Assembly (NCBI GenBank): GCA_964035545.1
Contig: OZ037765.1
Span: forward strand, 12,968,698 to 13,032,697
Reading direction: 5' to 3'
Length of the DNA: 64,000 nucleotides
DNA from: Bugula neritina
Lineage: Eukaryota; Animalia; Bryozoa
How positions within the stretch are numbered: the stretch's first letter is position 1; the number at the start of each line of letters is the position of its first letter. Made by a program: the position numbers and the translations under genes. Positions 1-13,559 of this stretch are shown in pieces. Under the pieces are notes generated by a model. That model did not search any database, was not told the DNA's origin, and was given only the letters and a program-made list of their open reading frames with translations.

Positions 1-400
1 GTGAAAGTCCCCTCCAATCTCCTTCATCCTTGCCAACCACTATTCTGGCATAACCTACAGTAGAACGTTTTCCTTCATATTTTTCCACCGAAAACGCCCC
101 TTCTACTACTACATTTGCCACATCCTTTTCTTTTGCTTCCACCTCAAATGGCAAATTGCTGTCTGTCTCTAGCGGAACTATACCGTTCTGCTCATCTTCA
201 CAGCTGGATTCTGGCTCTTTTGTATTGGCCCGCTCAGGTTGTTCCTTTCCGTTGTTCAACTTGTCTGCTCATTCTAGTTCGATTCTTTCTTTCTCTGGTG
301 TGTCTGTCAGTATAGCGGTCTTGACTCGCTTTCTTCTGGATGCCCCATCTTTGCGTGAAGCAGCTTTGGGCAGGGGAAGAATATTCCGAAGGGTAAAGCT
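1..400 (-). mobile_element. Degenerate pogo/Tigger-like (DDE_1) transposase, C-terminal fragment
   Basis: Minus-strand translation reads NILPLPKAASRKDGASRRKRVKTAILTDTPEKERIE*...VVVEGAFSVEKYEGKRSTVGYARIVVGKDE. This matches the 'IRPLPKAxxRK...RKxxKTAILTDTPEK' and 'GxFVLVKYEGKR..YVG' motifs of invertebrate pogo-family transposase C-termini. It has an internal stop and runs off the window edge. Confidence 0.6.
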
Positions 401-2880
401 GATCTTTGTTTCAATAATTTCATGAGCATGCAGTCATTGCAACCTAATTTGTTCTTTTTGCATTTGACTGCTGGTACAAAGTAGACATTAGAAACTTTTT
501 TCTGTAAGCACGCCAAGTGACTTCCAATTAAACTCTGAGTGTTTTCGGTCAATTTTTTTTCTGCGAGGCAGCAGTATATCGACAAAGCTTCACGAACATT
601 TCTGTAATAGGAACATTGGTATGAAATTTACAAACTCGATCAGCTTTCAGTAGTTGCTTGTATAAAGGAAAGAGGAACTGTGCTAAATGTTTGGATGTTT
701 TCTTCAGTGCCATGAACTGAATATAATATTTGCCTCGTAGAGGTTTTATTTCTTTTTCGGCTTTTCTCAACTTAAATGTCTATGCAATAAAAAATGTGTA
801 TATTATAGCTAAAGTAGCAAAGCCAAATTGTTGGATACTGTAGCAGTATTGGTAAAATGGTATGGGTTTTGTTACTGACGTGTTTTATTCAAAGGTAGAA
901 AAATGTGCATGTGTTCGTAAAAACCCAAAGATAATAATTGATGATATATAATATTAAATAGGATAGTATTTAACTTACATATTTTAACCCACTTGGAAGA
1001 TACCTTACCTTACCTATCCCTTGGTAGGACGACTGTTGGGGCACCACTGTTGATCTTGGCAACCAGCTCTCTCCATCCCTTTCTGTTCCCTGTCCTCAAG
1101 TTGTCCCTCAGTGTCTTTCCGGTCCACTCTTTTATGTTGTCCTCCCATCACTTTCTCTGCTTGCCTCTCCTTCTTCCTCCTTGTAGGATAAGGTCTTCAA
1201 AAACAAGTCTAATAAAAAATATGTAGAGTAGAATATGTTCGAGCTGTTGCTACTGAATAAAAAAAGAATTTAACAACAGTATTAGAGAGGCAAACAATAG
1301 AAAAGCTATAGTGGTGGCAAAACAGCTAATCGCACTAAAAGAATTAAAAAAAGAGAACAGAGCTTATTTGCAATGCTAATGCAGATCTGAAGAGCTCAGC
1401 GAAACGTAGTTGGCCGTATAAAAATTTACTTTCGAGCAGCATCCTAATGGGGGTAAAGCCAATCTTTATTGCAATAATGTTATCGGTGTGCAGTCACTGC
1501 AACATATTTCTTTTTGTATTTGTCTGCTGGTACAAAATATTCATTTAGGGTTTATCTTTATGAAAAGAAGCCAAGTTACTTCAGCTGAAAATTCTGTGTT
1601 TTCGATCCATCATTTTTTTGTAAAGAAGCAACATATCGACAACACTCTACAAACATTTCTGTAGTAGGAATATTAGTATAAAATTTGCACATTTGATCTG
1701 TTTTCAATAGTTTCCTGTATAGAGGAGAAAAGAACTGTGCTAAATGTTAAGATGTTTTTCTCAGTGCCATGAGCTGATCATACTATTTGCCTTGCAGGCA
1801 TTTTTTACTGCTTTTTTGAAATTTGATGGCCAAGCATTTAAAAATGTATCGAAGATAACTAAATTACCAAATCCAAATGGTTTCATACTAAACGTATTTT
1901 CTGCAAATTTAGTGAAATGCAGTGACAATATAAAATCTTTTGAGTGACACCTAAAGAGGTAAAGCCCGTCCTAATGTCAATAATGTCATGAGTATGCAGT
2001 CGTTGACATGATTTTTTTTACACTTGACTGCTGGTACAAAGTGGACATTATAAATATTTTTCTGAAATCAGGCCAAATGGCTTCTAATGAAAATTCTCAG
2101 TGCTTTCGGTCAATTTTTTTTTTCTACGAAGCATCAGCATTTCGGCAAAGCTCTACAGACATTTCTGTAGTAGAAACATTGATATGAAATTTACACATGC
2201 GATCGGTTTTCACTGGTTGTTTGTATTAATGAAAAAGGAACTGTTCTAAATGTTCAGATGTTTTCTTCAGTGTCATGAACTGAACATAATATTTGCCTTG
2301 TAAAAGTTATATTACTTTTTCAGCCTTTCTTAGCTTCAATGTCAAAGCATTTACGTTTTCATTGCCGGTCATGTCCGTAATATATAATAACTTATTCTTG
2401 TCATATTGTTGTCCAAGCTGTTGCTGATGACAACACCACTGGTTCTGCTCATGATGCCTCTGTCTGCCTCAGGTCACCTTTAATTAATTTCTTCAGCGGA
2501 AAACTCCCGAACCGGGATATTGAATGAGATGGTTACACCATACCACTGCAAATCTTACACGATCCTGCTTGTCCATTGTTTACAATGGTTTGCAGATTTT
2601 TACTGACAAGAACTAACTCCAACTTGAGTTTCTGCAAAATTTGCGGTTTGGATGCAAAGTAACTAAGTTATCATATTTTTTAAGTTGACGGTTTATTGAA
2701 ATTCCATTTCTAAAAAGCTCGAGTTTAGTAGTCACTTCTGTCAGGTCGTCTGCCTGTTTTGCTTTTTTGGTGGGTGGCTCGTCTTTTAGAAGCCTCCATT
2801 CTCTGCATATTTTTTGAGATTGTGCATTACCGTTTCCCAATCGGTATTCCTTAAACAGCAGCAAAAGCAGTGCCACCATC
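400..2880 (-). mobile_element. Three diverged tandem fragments of a THAP + HTH (ISL2EU/PIF-Harbinger-type) transposase
   Basis: A ~350-400 bp repeat occurs at ~400-790, ~1440-1850 and ~1950-2360. Minus-strand reads include LLKTDQMCKFYTNIPTTEMF and KLGCNDCMLMKLLKQRSALP, resembling the 'DxxxKFYTGLP...F' and 'KLSLEDxLLLTLMKLRLGL' HTH_Tnp_4 region. Upstream THAP-like remnants (SLHF, YPTIWLCY) are present. There are many stops and frameshifts. Confidence 0.5.
1001..1187 (-). mobile_element. RTE-clade LINE 3' end fragment
   Basis: Minus strand reads LQGGRRRGKQRK*WEDNIKEWTGKTLRDNLRTGNRKGWRELV, the typical RTE ORF2 C-terminus. It is followed by a short (GGTAA)n tail at 1001-1014. Confidence 0.7.
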
Positions 2881-3149
2881 ATTGAATTGTCAAACAGTAC
2901 AGTTCCAACCTAGGCTTCTGCACAAGTTGCACCTTAGGGCAAAGTATCCAAATTATTCTGTGAACTGATTCATTATTTCGCATACCCCCCCCCCCAAGCA
3001 ATCCGAAGGCAGAAAATAGGCTCTAAGAGTTTTAAAAACTAGTTTTATTTGTCCTAGTGGAAATCGTGGGAGACTCTGTGAGTTACCATTACTACTACCA
3101 GTAATCGTCGTGTGAGAATTATCACATCGCCTATGATACATATTCTTAT

Positions 3150-3960
3150 AATTTCCTATTCTCCAAGTGCTTGCTTTCATGCTTTCGCACTTACCTACAT
3201 TATTCAAGTTTTTCAACATCTGGGCCATAGGATTGAGCATTAATCAAAGCACTATGAGACTTAGAGTCTTCATCTCCTGAAACTTATACAAACCGTGCTC
3301 CTCTTTTTTAACTGATTATTCAAAAATTAAACCATACCTACCGGCTTCATACCACCAGCTGAACCTTCATGATTTTTTCGCAAATTTATGCTCTAGTGGT
3401 ATATTATCTTCATGACTGGCACATGTAAAACAATAACTAGAGATAACTTCAGTATCTAGTATCTACCACTTTAACTGGCTTTTCTGTTAAGTGGGTAGTA
3501 ACAGTAGCTACTCTATTCTTACTACTTAAGCCCCTATGCTGCCAGGCACCATCTCAGGATACTGTTCTATCACTACTAATATACTAGCAGCTTCCTTGGC
3601 GGCCTGGTCTATTGACTTTTTTGCTAACTCCCTTGTAACTTTACCATATGTCGCTCCATATCTTTGGCCCATTCACTAAAAGTTACAGTTGAAGACAAAC
3701 CTAAATAAACAGAAATAGTTGCAGCAGTACTCGTATGCCCACCTGCCAAGGTTGTACTAAAAGCTAGCTGAATATGCAAAGTAAACCTATGACCTATATC
3801 ACGGTCACTCATTACACTACTCTCAATAAGAACACCACAAACAGAACAAGTAAAATCAAAGTTGGTACAAATCCACCATCGCATTTTACAGTAATTCGCA
3901 AGGACATAACAGAGTCATGTTTACGACCAATAATACCAGATGACAACCTACCCATAACTT
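3150..3960 (-). mobile_element. Degenerate Mutator-like transposase
   Basis: Minus-strand motifs appear in the expected order: FTCSVCG...; DGAWQHRGLSSKNRVATV..KVVD; KNHEGSAGGM; GDEDSKSHSALINAQSYGPDVEKLE. These match the animal Mutator-like transposase consensus DGxWQKRG..SxNG / NHxGSSGxME / GDGDSK..PYG..VEKLEC. The frame is broken by frameshifts. Confidence 0.7.
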
Positions 3961-4639
3961 CTGAAATTAATTTAGCCTGCTCTGTAACACTGGCTGAGAT
4001 TTTGTAGAATTAAATCAAAAATTTAAAGTTCTTAACTAAGCAGAGATGGCAGTTGCTGCATGAGTAGTACCAGTAAGTGTAGCATCACTAGTCGAAAAAA
4101 TGGAAGCAGCCAGAAGTGCATGTTGATGTTCAGGTGCGACAGATTGGAGCTCAAATTGAAAATCTATAGTATGAGCTGAAGAGCTTGCACACGCATTTTT
4201 GTGTGCAGTACAGCTAGTCATATTAGTGTTACTAATGGTAGTAGTGGAAATACTAGTGATAATCTTTATGGTGGCCTAGTAGTTGTCCTAGGTATAGTTG
4301 AAGTTGTGCTTTAATAGTATTAGTAGTGGTATCAAGTGCTTATGGGTCAGCTTTTCTGTTTTGATTTTCTAAAAACTGCGGTTTTTCATCTTATGCATGC
4401 ATACTGTGTTAGTATACCTGCTGCTATGTTAGAGGCCTAATGTCAAAATAAGTAAAGGACGACACCTTGCAATATAAACTGTCAATAAATATAAACTCCA
4501 ATATGTCTCCTCTTGATTTTTACTGGTTATAGAAGATTTAGATATAAAGGATTGATAATAAATTATCAAATTGTTTTAGCAGGTTGGATTAACGCACATA
4601 GTCTCTTTGTTTCGATGAACAAAATTTTTTTATCACAAA

Positions 4640-4950
4640 TCACAGAACAAGTACAACCAATAAACCGGTCGAATTGATGGCTGATATCCACCTTGCTCCT
4701 ACAATAATTACCATCAATGACCCTACCCATCATGCCCTCATCATGAACTGTTGCTAGGTGTTTTGCATTAAATGCATTCTGGCACAAAAACTGTCCATTC
4801 TCCTCTTTTGTATATCCCCAAGTATCTGTATCGGAGATGCTGTAATTTGGGTTATTCTATTTCTCCTGTCAGATCTAAATAGATTTACTTGGCTGCTTGG
4901 TGCTGTAAGTGACTGCTCTGCAGTTAAGTTATCGTATCCAGAAGTTACTG
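4640..4950 (-). mobile_element. Possible decayed R4-type non-LTR RT C-terminal fragment
   Basis: Weak similarity only: VNLFRSDRRNRITQITA / WGYTKEE / NAFNAK versus the R4-like 'GRNKITAIN..KWTKEEL..HxAFxPK' motif. Confidence 0.3.
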
Positions 4951-6660
4951 AGTGATCCACACCTTGAGATTATCTACATCCGCTGCTGGGCATTCCGAGT
5001 AGCTGACACAGCGTCACAGCATGAAGAGCTGTTTGACTCGCTGCATCTGCCGCCTGCGGCGGACCTTTTCATGGGGGTAGCGAGGTGGCTGGGGTATTGC
5101 GATGGAGGGTCTCTTTTTTCTCGGAGCAGGAGCTACTATTCCGGAGGCTGAGGCTACTAATCTGGAGGCCGGGGCTGCAGCAGTCGTCTCTGTTTCACCA
5201 TCAAACCGGGCCAGCACGACCTGTGATGGCTAAGTGACTGTTGCTGGCTGAATGACAGCTCTGGGCTCAGTGTCAGTGCTGTCCTGGAGGGGCCTACACA
5301 CGAAGAATCTCAGGGCGAGAGATGCCTGGAACTTCGGGAAGGTAGCCTCGGCAACCACAATTGTTCTGTCCGTATCGCAGCAAGCTATGCGCTGGTGGCG
5401 CAAAATATAGTCTCGCTAGTAGGAAAACATTGGTGAAGTGCTACGGGGCGTGAACCCTTAACTGCCGGGTTGTGGAGAATTTTCTCCCATACTGGCAGCA
5501 TCTTAGAGTGCACGGCTCACCGCACGTTTCTTCGACCTGGAGGTGGGTCTCCAGAGTCGCCCAATGCTGTCTGGAAGTTAGAATCAAGGGTAGCGCCTCA
5601 TCATTCGGCCTTTCATTTCCTCTGCCTCTCAGGATAATCTTTTCTTCCCCCTTGGCACAGCTGTAGGTCCACAGGTTCTGATACAGGCTTTTTCATGACG
5701 GCAGGAGGTCGTTCACTGAGCTGAGGAGAACCCCTTGAGCTGGTAACAGCCTGGCTAGGGTTCTGGGGGAGAGTCGATATGACTCGGCCCAGCCTCATCA
5801 CATTCCACTTCCACTCCTGTAACTGGCAGTAGAGGCTGTAACTGGCCAATCGTACTGGTGCCGGAATTTGGCATCTGCTTATAAGGGGCTTTACAATGAA
5901 TGGGTAACCCAGGTGCAACCTGGAGAGTCACCAACCCCACCTTGTAGTAGAGCAGGTGGTTCCTTCCCAAGATCCATCTGGAATTCCCCATCACCAAAAA
6001 TTTAGCTCTCATGCTGGTAGACCAGTAAAAAGTTATCAAAAAAATGGACTAGATCTAGTTCTATAGAAATACCTGGCTGATTTTTCTTGGCAGTTTCGTC
6101 GGTTATTTATTCCATTTTTGTTGTAGCAGCAATGACACGTCTGTTTGCTACAGAGCTTGAAGTAGAAATGACGGAATCGCATGTGACAAATTCAAATTTG
6201 ACGACCTTTCGGTCACGTGTCCGGTCACTGGTTTTACCCATCTTTGGGGTGACGACTCCAGCCATCGAAGCCCCTCCGATTTTCGGCACGTGTTCTCAGC
6301 TGTTTTATAGCTATTTCCTGGACTTTTGGGGATAATTTTGCATTTACCTGTGAAGGGTGTTCAACTCCATTGTGGTGACATATCTACCTGTCCCACATGA
6401 TAATCAGTCAGATATCCAGGTGGTTTTCAACGTCTCGGGCTTCCAATTCTAAAAACTATTACAATATTTATGCTGCTAAAAAGTATACAAGTTAGAAATC
6501 AGTACAATAGTGACCTTTACACTGCATCTACACATAAAATGACTGTGGGTGCCGGAAGGTCCTCTTTATAAGGGAGAGGTGTCATCTGATTGGCTAATAA
6601 GTTCCGGCGGTGGGGACTTCAGTGGCTAGCGCGGTACCCTGCGCCATCACCGCAAGAAAT
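4950..6660 (+). mobile_element. Decayed DIRS-like (tyrosine-recombinase) retrotransposon remnant
   Basis: This is a GC-rich island in AT-rich DNA. Across shifting + frames it reads ENFLPYWQHL (DIRS pre-RT 'GRLxxFLPxWxxL'), HIPL, PEFGI..GFT (LPFGL..FTK) and EQVVPSQD (KSxLVPSQ), in RT order. There is no intact ORF and the boundaries are approximate. Confidence 0.4.
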
Positions 6661-8934
6661 GTGGCATTTTGCAATGTTGGCCTGAGTGTAACAAAGAGAA
6701 TGTGATATTGTGTTTATGGCTATAATGCAGATATACTTTGTATGGAAATGTCTGTATACCTAATGGAAGGGAAGTAACACGTCATACTGCCAATAAAATA
6801 ATTCAGTATAAGTGTGGCCTAACTGTGAAACCCAAAATAATTTCTAGTAATATTTATAGTTTGTTTTTCTATTGTCAAAAACTACAGGTCAATGCTGAAG
6901 TTTAAGTTAACCAATGATAACAGCAGTTTTCTTTTAATGCTGATAACAATAAAATGTTAATTCGAATATATATAGTTGACAAAAATGACTACATTCTTTC
7001 AGACAAAGTGCAAAAAGTAACATTTTCAAAGTGTATAACCTGTCCTCGACACTTATTGTGTTTTTCAATGTAAGAATTTTTTAGTTTTTTCCACTTGGAA
7101 TTCCATTATTTCCCAGACTTCTTAGAAGGGTTGGGCTGACACTCTACAGTCTTTGATGAAAGCATGTCAAACATTTTCTTGTTTTTGTTTCTTTGACCAC
7201 CTATCATTCTTATGATTGAGTATTTTCGGCAGTATAAGTAGATATCAAAACTTTTTCAATTGAGATTGTAGCCATCGTAATTATTCAGTACTTTGCTGTG
7301 CACAACTACCAGCTCTGATCAAAGAGATTGATCTTTTACACCTCAAAACATTAGATTTTTCTCCTTAACTTTGAACTGCAGTAGTCTGTTGAACCAGTGA
7401 TATATTTATTTATGAGAGTTACCATGCACAGTTGTCATCAGTACACAATATAGACTTGATTGAATTATAAATGTATAAATTTGTTTGTGTGGAAGCATTG
7501 TAGTTTATTTATGCTGCTATTTATAACTTCATGCTTTCTTACACAACATAATCTCATTGCTATGACAAAACATTATAGGAGAGCTTTCATAAAAGTGTTA
7601 GACTTCATCAGTTACCATTGGTAACTGCAAACTATTAGTGCTTCCTTTATCTACCATGACATCAACTAGTGATGGTGTGGTGTAATGAAACAAGATTTAT
7701 AATGAGATGATAGTTCCTTCCTGTAAGAGTTCCAATCTTCAACTGACTTACAAGTTTAAAGCTCGTCTCCTTTTTCACTAGCACCAAAGTCTATTTTAGA
7801 AGCTTCGACCGATTCTTGGCGTTCTGAGTGACCGACATTCTGTCAGTTGGTCGAACTTCGGTCTCGACCGATTTACATGAGTGGAGCAAAAATAAAAACA
7901 AAACTGAAGGGCGAGCAATCGTAGTTTACTGGCGTGCAAATAATATATAATGAAGGGATAACTCTACAAAACACCACAGTATGTTTCCAGCCAACTCGAA
8001 AAAACCTGAAGCCTATTACTTGTGTGTCTTGAGATTAGTTTATGACGAATGTTTTGCATTTTCATGAAATGTTTGAAACTTATTGGATCATCCTGTGGTT
8101 TTCATTGCATTCTATGCATACTTGATATGGACTGGACGAACCTGTTTTCATTTCTGTGTTCATTTTTTTCCCCAAGGGTGTAAGACTGTACACTTTTGCT
8201 TCCACTTTGCTTCTGCGGTTGTTATTTACAATCTTTTGAACAGTGCCTTCATTTATTTGATAAATCTAAATTTCACTTTTTAATAGTGTCAAACTTGAAC
8301 ACTATTATCATCTCTATGAACCTTGTCAGCAGTAGACTAATATTCACCTCAAAAAAAAGTCCATTTAAACCCCAATTACTTCAAACTTTAAACTATCTCC
8401 CAGAAATATGGAAAAGGAGAGGCTTTTCCTATTTCCTCATAAAAGTGTTGAGCTTGATCAACAGTCATGTTCAGATTTTGAGACCTTACATTGCTGTTAC
8501 ATTAATTTTGTAGACCAGCTGTCCTAGCTTCAGCAACATTTATCCCCATTACTAGTCGGCATATAAAGGACAAAAAGCAACCTTTCACACAGAGGCGTAT
8601 CTATTATAAGACAAAAAGGTAACACAATAATAGGGCACAAGCTCTAGCTAGCCTGATGTAACTGGCTCTATATAATTTGCTGTTTTCTGATATTGAGTGC
8701 AGCTAAATTCTACTGATGGTATAAAAATATCAAGTTCTATAGAAATAAAAAAAAATTTAATGTTTGTGTAATAAAAATTTCAACTTTACATGGGTAAATA
8801 AAAATTATTAATGCTTCATAATGCGCATGGTTTTGTGTTGATTTAGTGATTGACAAGACTCCAGCTTCTATATAAAGCATCCGACCTTGACAGAAATCCA
8901 AGTAACTCCTTATGTTCAGATTATTATAATTAGT

Positions 8935-11900
8935 ATGATCTCAGGAATGCCAAAAGTGGTATGTTAAAATTTATATGTTTAGATTTATATATTAAATGTT
9001 ATGTAAGTATTTATGAATATGAATGGATATTGAAGTTAATTGTACCTAATTGTTTCATAGATTTAGACATGACATAGTTTAATGTTTGTTTGGATTGATA
9101 CCATACATTTAATTGTTAGGAGCTCCATGCTCATTTAAATGGCTCAATTTCTGAAGAAACTCTAATTAAATTAATTGCCAAGAAGCCCACTGGCCAACAG
9201 GAAATGCTTCAAAATCTGACCACTCATATTGGAGATGGCCTCAACAGAACTCTCAAAGAGTAGGTCAACATCTCTATTTGCTTTCTATATATCTTACTCT
9301 TTGTCTAAAAAGTTTCAGAGTTCAAGGGTGATAACTTCCAACAAGTCTAATCCTTTTACTTATTATGCAATGGCTTTTCAAATCACTTATTCTCTAATGA
9401 GGTTTGGTTGCAAATACTTGCAATTTGGTCTAAATTGATATGCCCTTTTAGATATTGTCACTGTTCAAGAAAACATTGACAGTTTTTAATCTCATCATCT
9501 CACTGATGACACTCACTAGATTTATATTATATTCTTACAGAATTCTTAAGGCTATGCTGGTTAGAATCATCAGCTAGTAAATCTCTCTAAATTAACTGTA
9601 GCAGGTATCTGAAGTTTTGGCTCAGTTAATGTCCATGAATTGTGTTTATTCAACTTATAATTTTATAAATAATTTTTTTAGTTAGTTACTGTAATCATTA
9701 TCTTAGGAACTATGTCAGCTATGTGTTGGATTATCTCATATCAAGATATATATGTTGCGCTATGCGTTGGCAAAAAAGTTTTAAGAGGAGACTTTTATTA
9801 GTTTGGTACTGTTTGAAATACTTGTTGTTAATAACTAGAACCTCTTTTTGCTCTTAATTCTTTCAGATGCTTTGAAATGTTTAAGATGGTACACCGGATA
9901 GTTAACGACCATGAATCAATATACGAGGTAAGAAATATACAACTAGGAATTTGTTGACAATATTTCTCTGACATAATTTCCCAGAACTTCTTGCTAGATA
10001 TTGTGTTGCTGACACCCGTTGTGACTTTGACAGGCAACATGTGATGTCATCGATGATTTTGCTAATGATGGAGTCGTCTACTTAGAGCTGCGAAGTACTC
10101 CCCGAGAGATTCCTGAAGCCGGCATAACCCAAGCATCGTATGTGGAGACTATTCTCCAAGCTATTCAAGACAAGTCGTCTACTCTTCAGCAAATTGAAAC
10201 CTTTGATGTGTGTGTTCTTGTTAATCAACTCAATCAAATTGTCGCCCTTAGTAGATTTGTGTGTGTCCTTAGTGCACAGTGTTGTATCATCTATCCTTTC
10301 TTGTAGCCTAAGAGAACGCCCATCATAGTGAGATATATAGCTGCAATAGATAGACGTAACTCAGTTGAACATGCCATACAGACTGTTGACATTGCTATAA
10401 GAATGAAGAAAACGGGGCTTGTTGTTGGAGTAGATCTAAGTGGTGATGGCTCAGTGAGTTATGTTGCATGTGTACTACATTTCTGTTATATGCTATATAT
10501 GTTGGGTGTAAAGTTTTATTCAACTAAAATAGAAGCCAGTTGGTATATAAATTTAAGATCAGGGTTGTTTCAAGATTGCTTAATTGAATGTAGGCTATGG
10601 CATCATTATCTGTTTAGTCTGCATATCTATTGTCACACATTTAAATGATTTTAGTTTTGCCTGTTGCCCAGGTGAATGATGCCCGAGAACTGTATCCAGT
10701 GTTAGAGAAGGCACTTGCTCATGGCTTGAAGCTCACTCTTCATTTATCAGAGGTAAAGTGATTGTTAAAAAATTGTACTTAGTGTTTGGAAGTAAAAATT
10801 TCCTTGTTGTTTTTCTACAAATAATCCATCAACTACCAGTAATTAATACAATTTTATTTGAAAAAAACTTTAGCGGAACATGGATAAAGACATGCAGAAT
10901 ATCTACTACCGTTCTAGGAGCTAATTATCATTACTGTTAAAGTAAAATGATTGTGATTTACCTATAAGTGCCCATTACATATTGTAACAGTTTATACTAT
11001 GTAAACTATGTAGGTTGATGGTTTGGTAGCTGAAACAAGTAGATTACTAGATTTGCCCCCTCAAAGGATTGGCCATGGCACATTTATTCATCCAAACTTT
11101 GGCGGAACTGAAGAATTACTTTTGAAAACTAGAAAATTGAACATCCCTTTGGGTAAACTATTGTTCTTTTATTTACTGTGTTAAAATGCTATAGTAACTC
11201 TAGAAGTCATTTATCACAAGCAATGGCACATATATTAACTTAGACCCAAATTTGGGCTGGTAATCATTTAGCACACTATTGAATCTTAGCAATAAGAATG
11301 GTGGCATTTTTTACTATGACAGTAGAAGTTTTGGAAGGTGTGTTATGGAACTGTGCAATTTTCAATTGCCAATTTTTTCTATTTTCATGAAAGTAAAGAC
11401 TAAGTTATTTCAAATACTTGTATGCTTCATATTTGATGAGTGTGGATATGCACAGAAAAATGACTGTACTGATGAAGATATTTAGGAAGTATGTATTGAA
11501 AACTAGGGAATCTACAGATCCTGTAATTATAGTCTGCTTATCTATATAGTTCACTATTTTCGAGCTCCATACCATATGCCTGTCTTCCTATAGCATGCTC
11601 TCTCTGTATATGATATACGGGTTTACATTGCAGAGCTGTGTCCAACATCAAACGTAAAGGGGCAAGTAACTCCATCTTATGATAAACACCACTTTTCCTC
11701 CTGGTATCAGCTGGAACACCCACTCATTATATGTGTAAGTAGTAAATAGGTTTTCTTAGATAGTCAATATTTCTAAGACATGAAATCGCAAATTGATAAT
11801 TGAATTGAGTTAAAAAAAATTATCTTGCATATTAAATTTATAATTGGTTTTTAATACAAATTTACTACGATATTCACACTGTGTAAGCATGAGTGTTTTA

Positions 11901-12258
11901 TTTCCAGCACCTCTATGTAAATTAAAAGTTGGCATTGGATCAATGGTTTATGTTTCTTAAGACAGATGATTTATTCCTTAATGTTCATAGTATTTAATGT
12001 CTTTTACAGTTGAATGTTATGAATTTAAAGAATGATGAAATAACGAATTGAATTACTGTTTTCTTGCAGACTGATGACAAAGGAGTCTTTGCCACAGATT
12101 TGTCTACAGAATATCAAATTATGCAGAAGACATTTAACCTGACGGATAAAGAGATACAAAGTTTAGCTTATTTGTCAATAGACTATATATTTGAAAGTGA
12201 CGGTGTTAAAGATAGGTTGAGGAGGTATTTTGAAGGGTGGCAGCAATTAAATCAGTAA
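8935..12258 (+). CDS. ADAL: Adenosine deaminase-like protein (N6-methyl-AMP deaminase family), 9 coding exons
   Basis: Exons: 8935-8958, 9120-9259, 9867-9927, 10034-10207, 10307-10453, 10672-10752, 11014-11152, 11634-11734, 12070-12258, all GT-AG with consistent phases. Motifs: PKVELHAHLNGSIS, YLELRSTP, GVDLSG, LHLSE, RIGHGT, ELCPTSN, TDDKGVF. The start codon and the exon 4 donor are less certain. Confidence 0.92.
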
Positions 12259-12848
12259 CTTGATTACCTGCCGATTTATTGCACGAGATAAGTAATCAAT
12301 CTTTATTTACAATGTAATTTTCTGTTGACCAATAGATGAATGATTTTCTAATTTGAATGTGTAATATTCTACAATAATATTATAAAATACAAATAAGTAA
12401 TATACTCAATCGTACTTCCCTAATGTTTAATAGTTCAACGGTAGACCCTGAAACCTTAATAAATAGGTTGAACTAAGTTGCTAGAGAATCGTCTACTGGT
12501 AGCACTTATTTGTACCATTAGAATGTCCACATCTACTATGTGCACAGAAAAACAAATTTGTAATATGATATGGAAGTCAAGTTGCCAAGCTGCATGTGGT
12601 GATGAATTATAAGTTTATAACAGTAAAGTATGAAACACTAGGCCACAAATAAGATTATAATATTGTAATGCAATACCTGATAAGTAAGTAATGTGGCGGA
12701 TAACAAATAGTGGTTGCAAACTGAAGAAATATTACTTTGTTAATGACTGCTTACCATTTAGTTCTATGACTAGAAAAAAATACACATGGCTTTTTTGCGG
12801 TACTGACCCAAACAGTGCTTGCTGTACAAATACAGATATTATCTACGC

Positions 12849-13356
12849 CAGGGGTTTCCAACCTTTTCAGAGCAAGGGCCACATTGTAAAATTTAGCTTG
12901 GGCTAGGGGGGCACAGCATCAGCAATTTTCAAATTACTTTATTCCTATAAATCATTGCATGCAATAATTGTTACAGGCTGCATGTTTTAGCATATATAAA
13001 AAAAGTTGCTTTTTCCATTCTAACTTCTATACGTGTGCAAAATGATTTTACTTTTTATGGCAGCGAGTTTGAAGTGGTTTTATAAGCAGCTCCGAGTTGG
13101 TGGTGAATGAGTGAAGTAGTTTGGGATTGGGGATATAACTCCAAACCTCCCCCTTTCAAACTACTGCATTCATTCACCGCGAACTAGGACCTGCCTATAG
13201 ACCTCGAATATTAATATTCAGTGCTTATAAAACCATTCTTGAGTTTGAAGCCACATAAATGTAAGCTGGGATCCACATTCGGCCCTAGAGCACACCGCCC
13301 AATGAACTCAATAATATATATTCCAGCTCAATGACACCCCCTGTTGGACAGCCTTG
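12849..13356. mobile_element. Non-autonomous hAT element (MITE)
   Basis: The left end is CAGGGGTTTCCAAC and the reverse complement of the right end is CAAGGCTGTCCAAC. The flanking 8-mers ATCTACGC / ATCTGTGC form a degenerate 8-bp TSD. There is an internal inverted repeat at ~13080-13200. Confidence 0.7.
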
Positions 13357-13559
13357 ATCTGTGCGATAATTTTAGCTAATTGTAATGGGCTGTTGCGAGA
13401 CGTCATTGCAAACTATGCGCTGAGGACTTTCCCTTTACTTCACTCACTTGAGCTTCAGATTTCAAAGCTCAGAACTAAAAGGTAAAGCTGTAGTCGGAGT
13501 TTCAAGCACGCCTAAAAATTTTTTCAAAGCTGAATCTGCTTGCCTTTGAACTCCTAGTC

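Noticed and set aside
7800-7875. Clustered TCGACCGA-like direct and inverted motifs
   Set aside because: No clear TIR or TSD; cannot distinguish a MITE relic from promoter sequence.
8060-8530. ORFs 8083-8283 and 8196-8513, or a possible LINE endonuclease remnant
   Set aside because: No convincing motif, and the frames lack splice or codon support.
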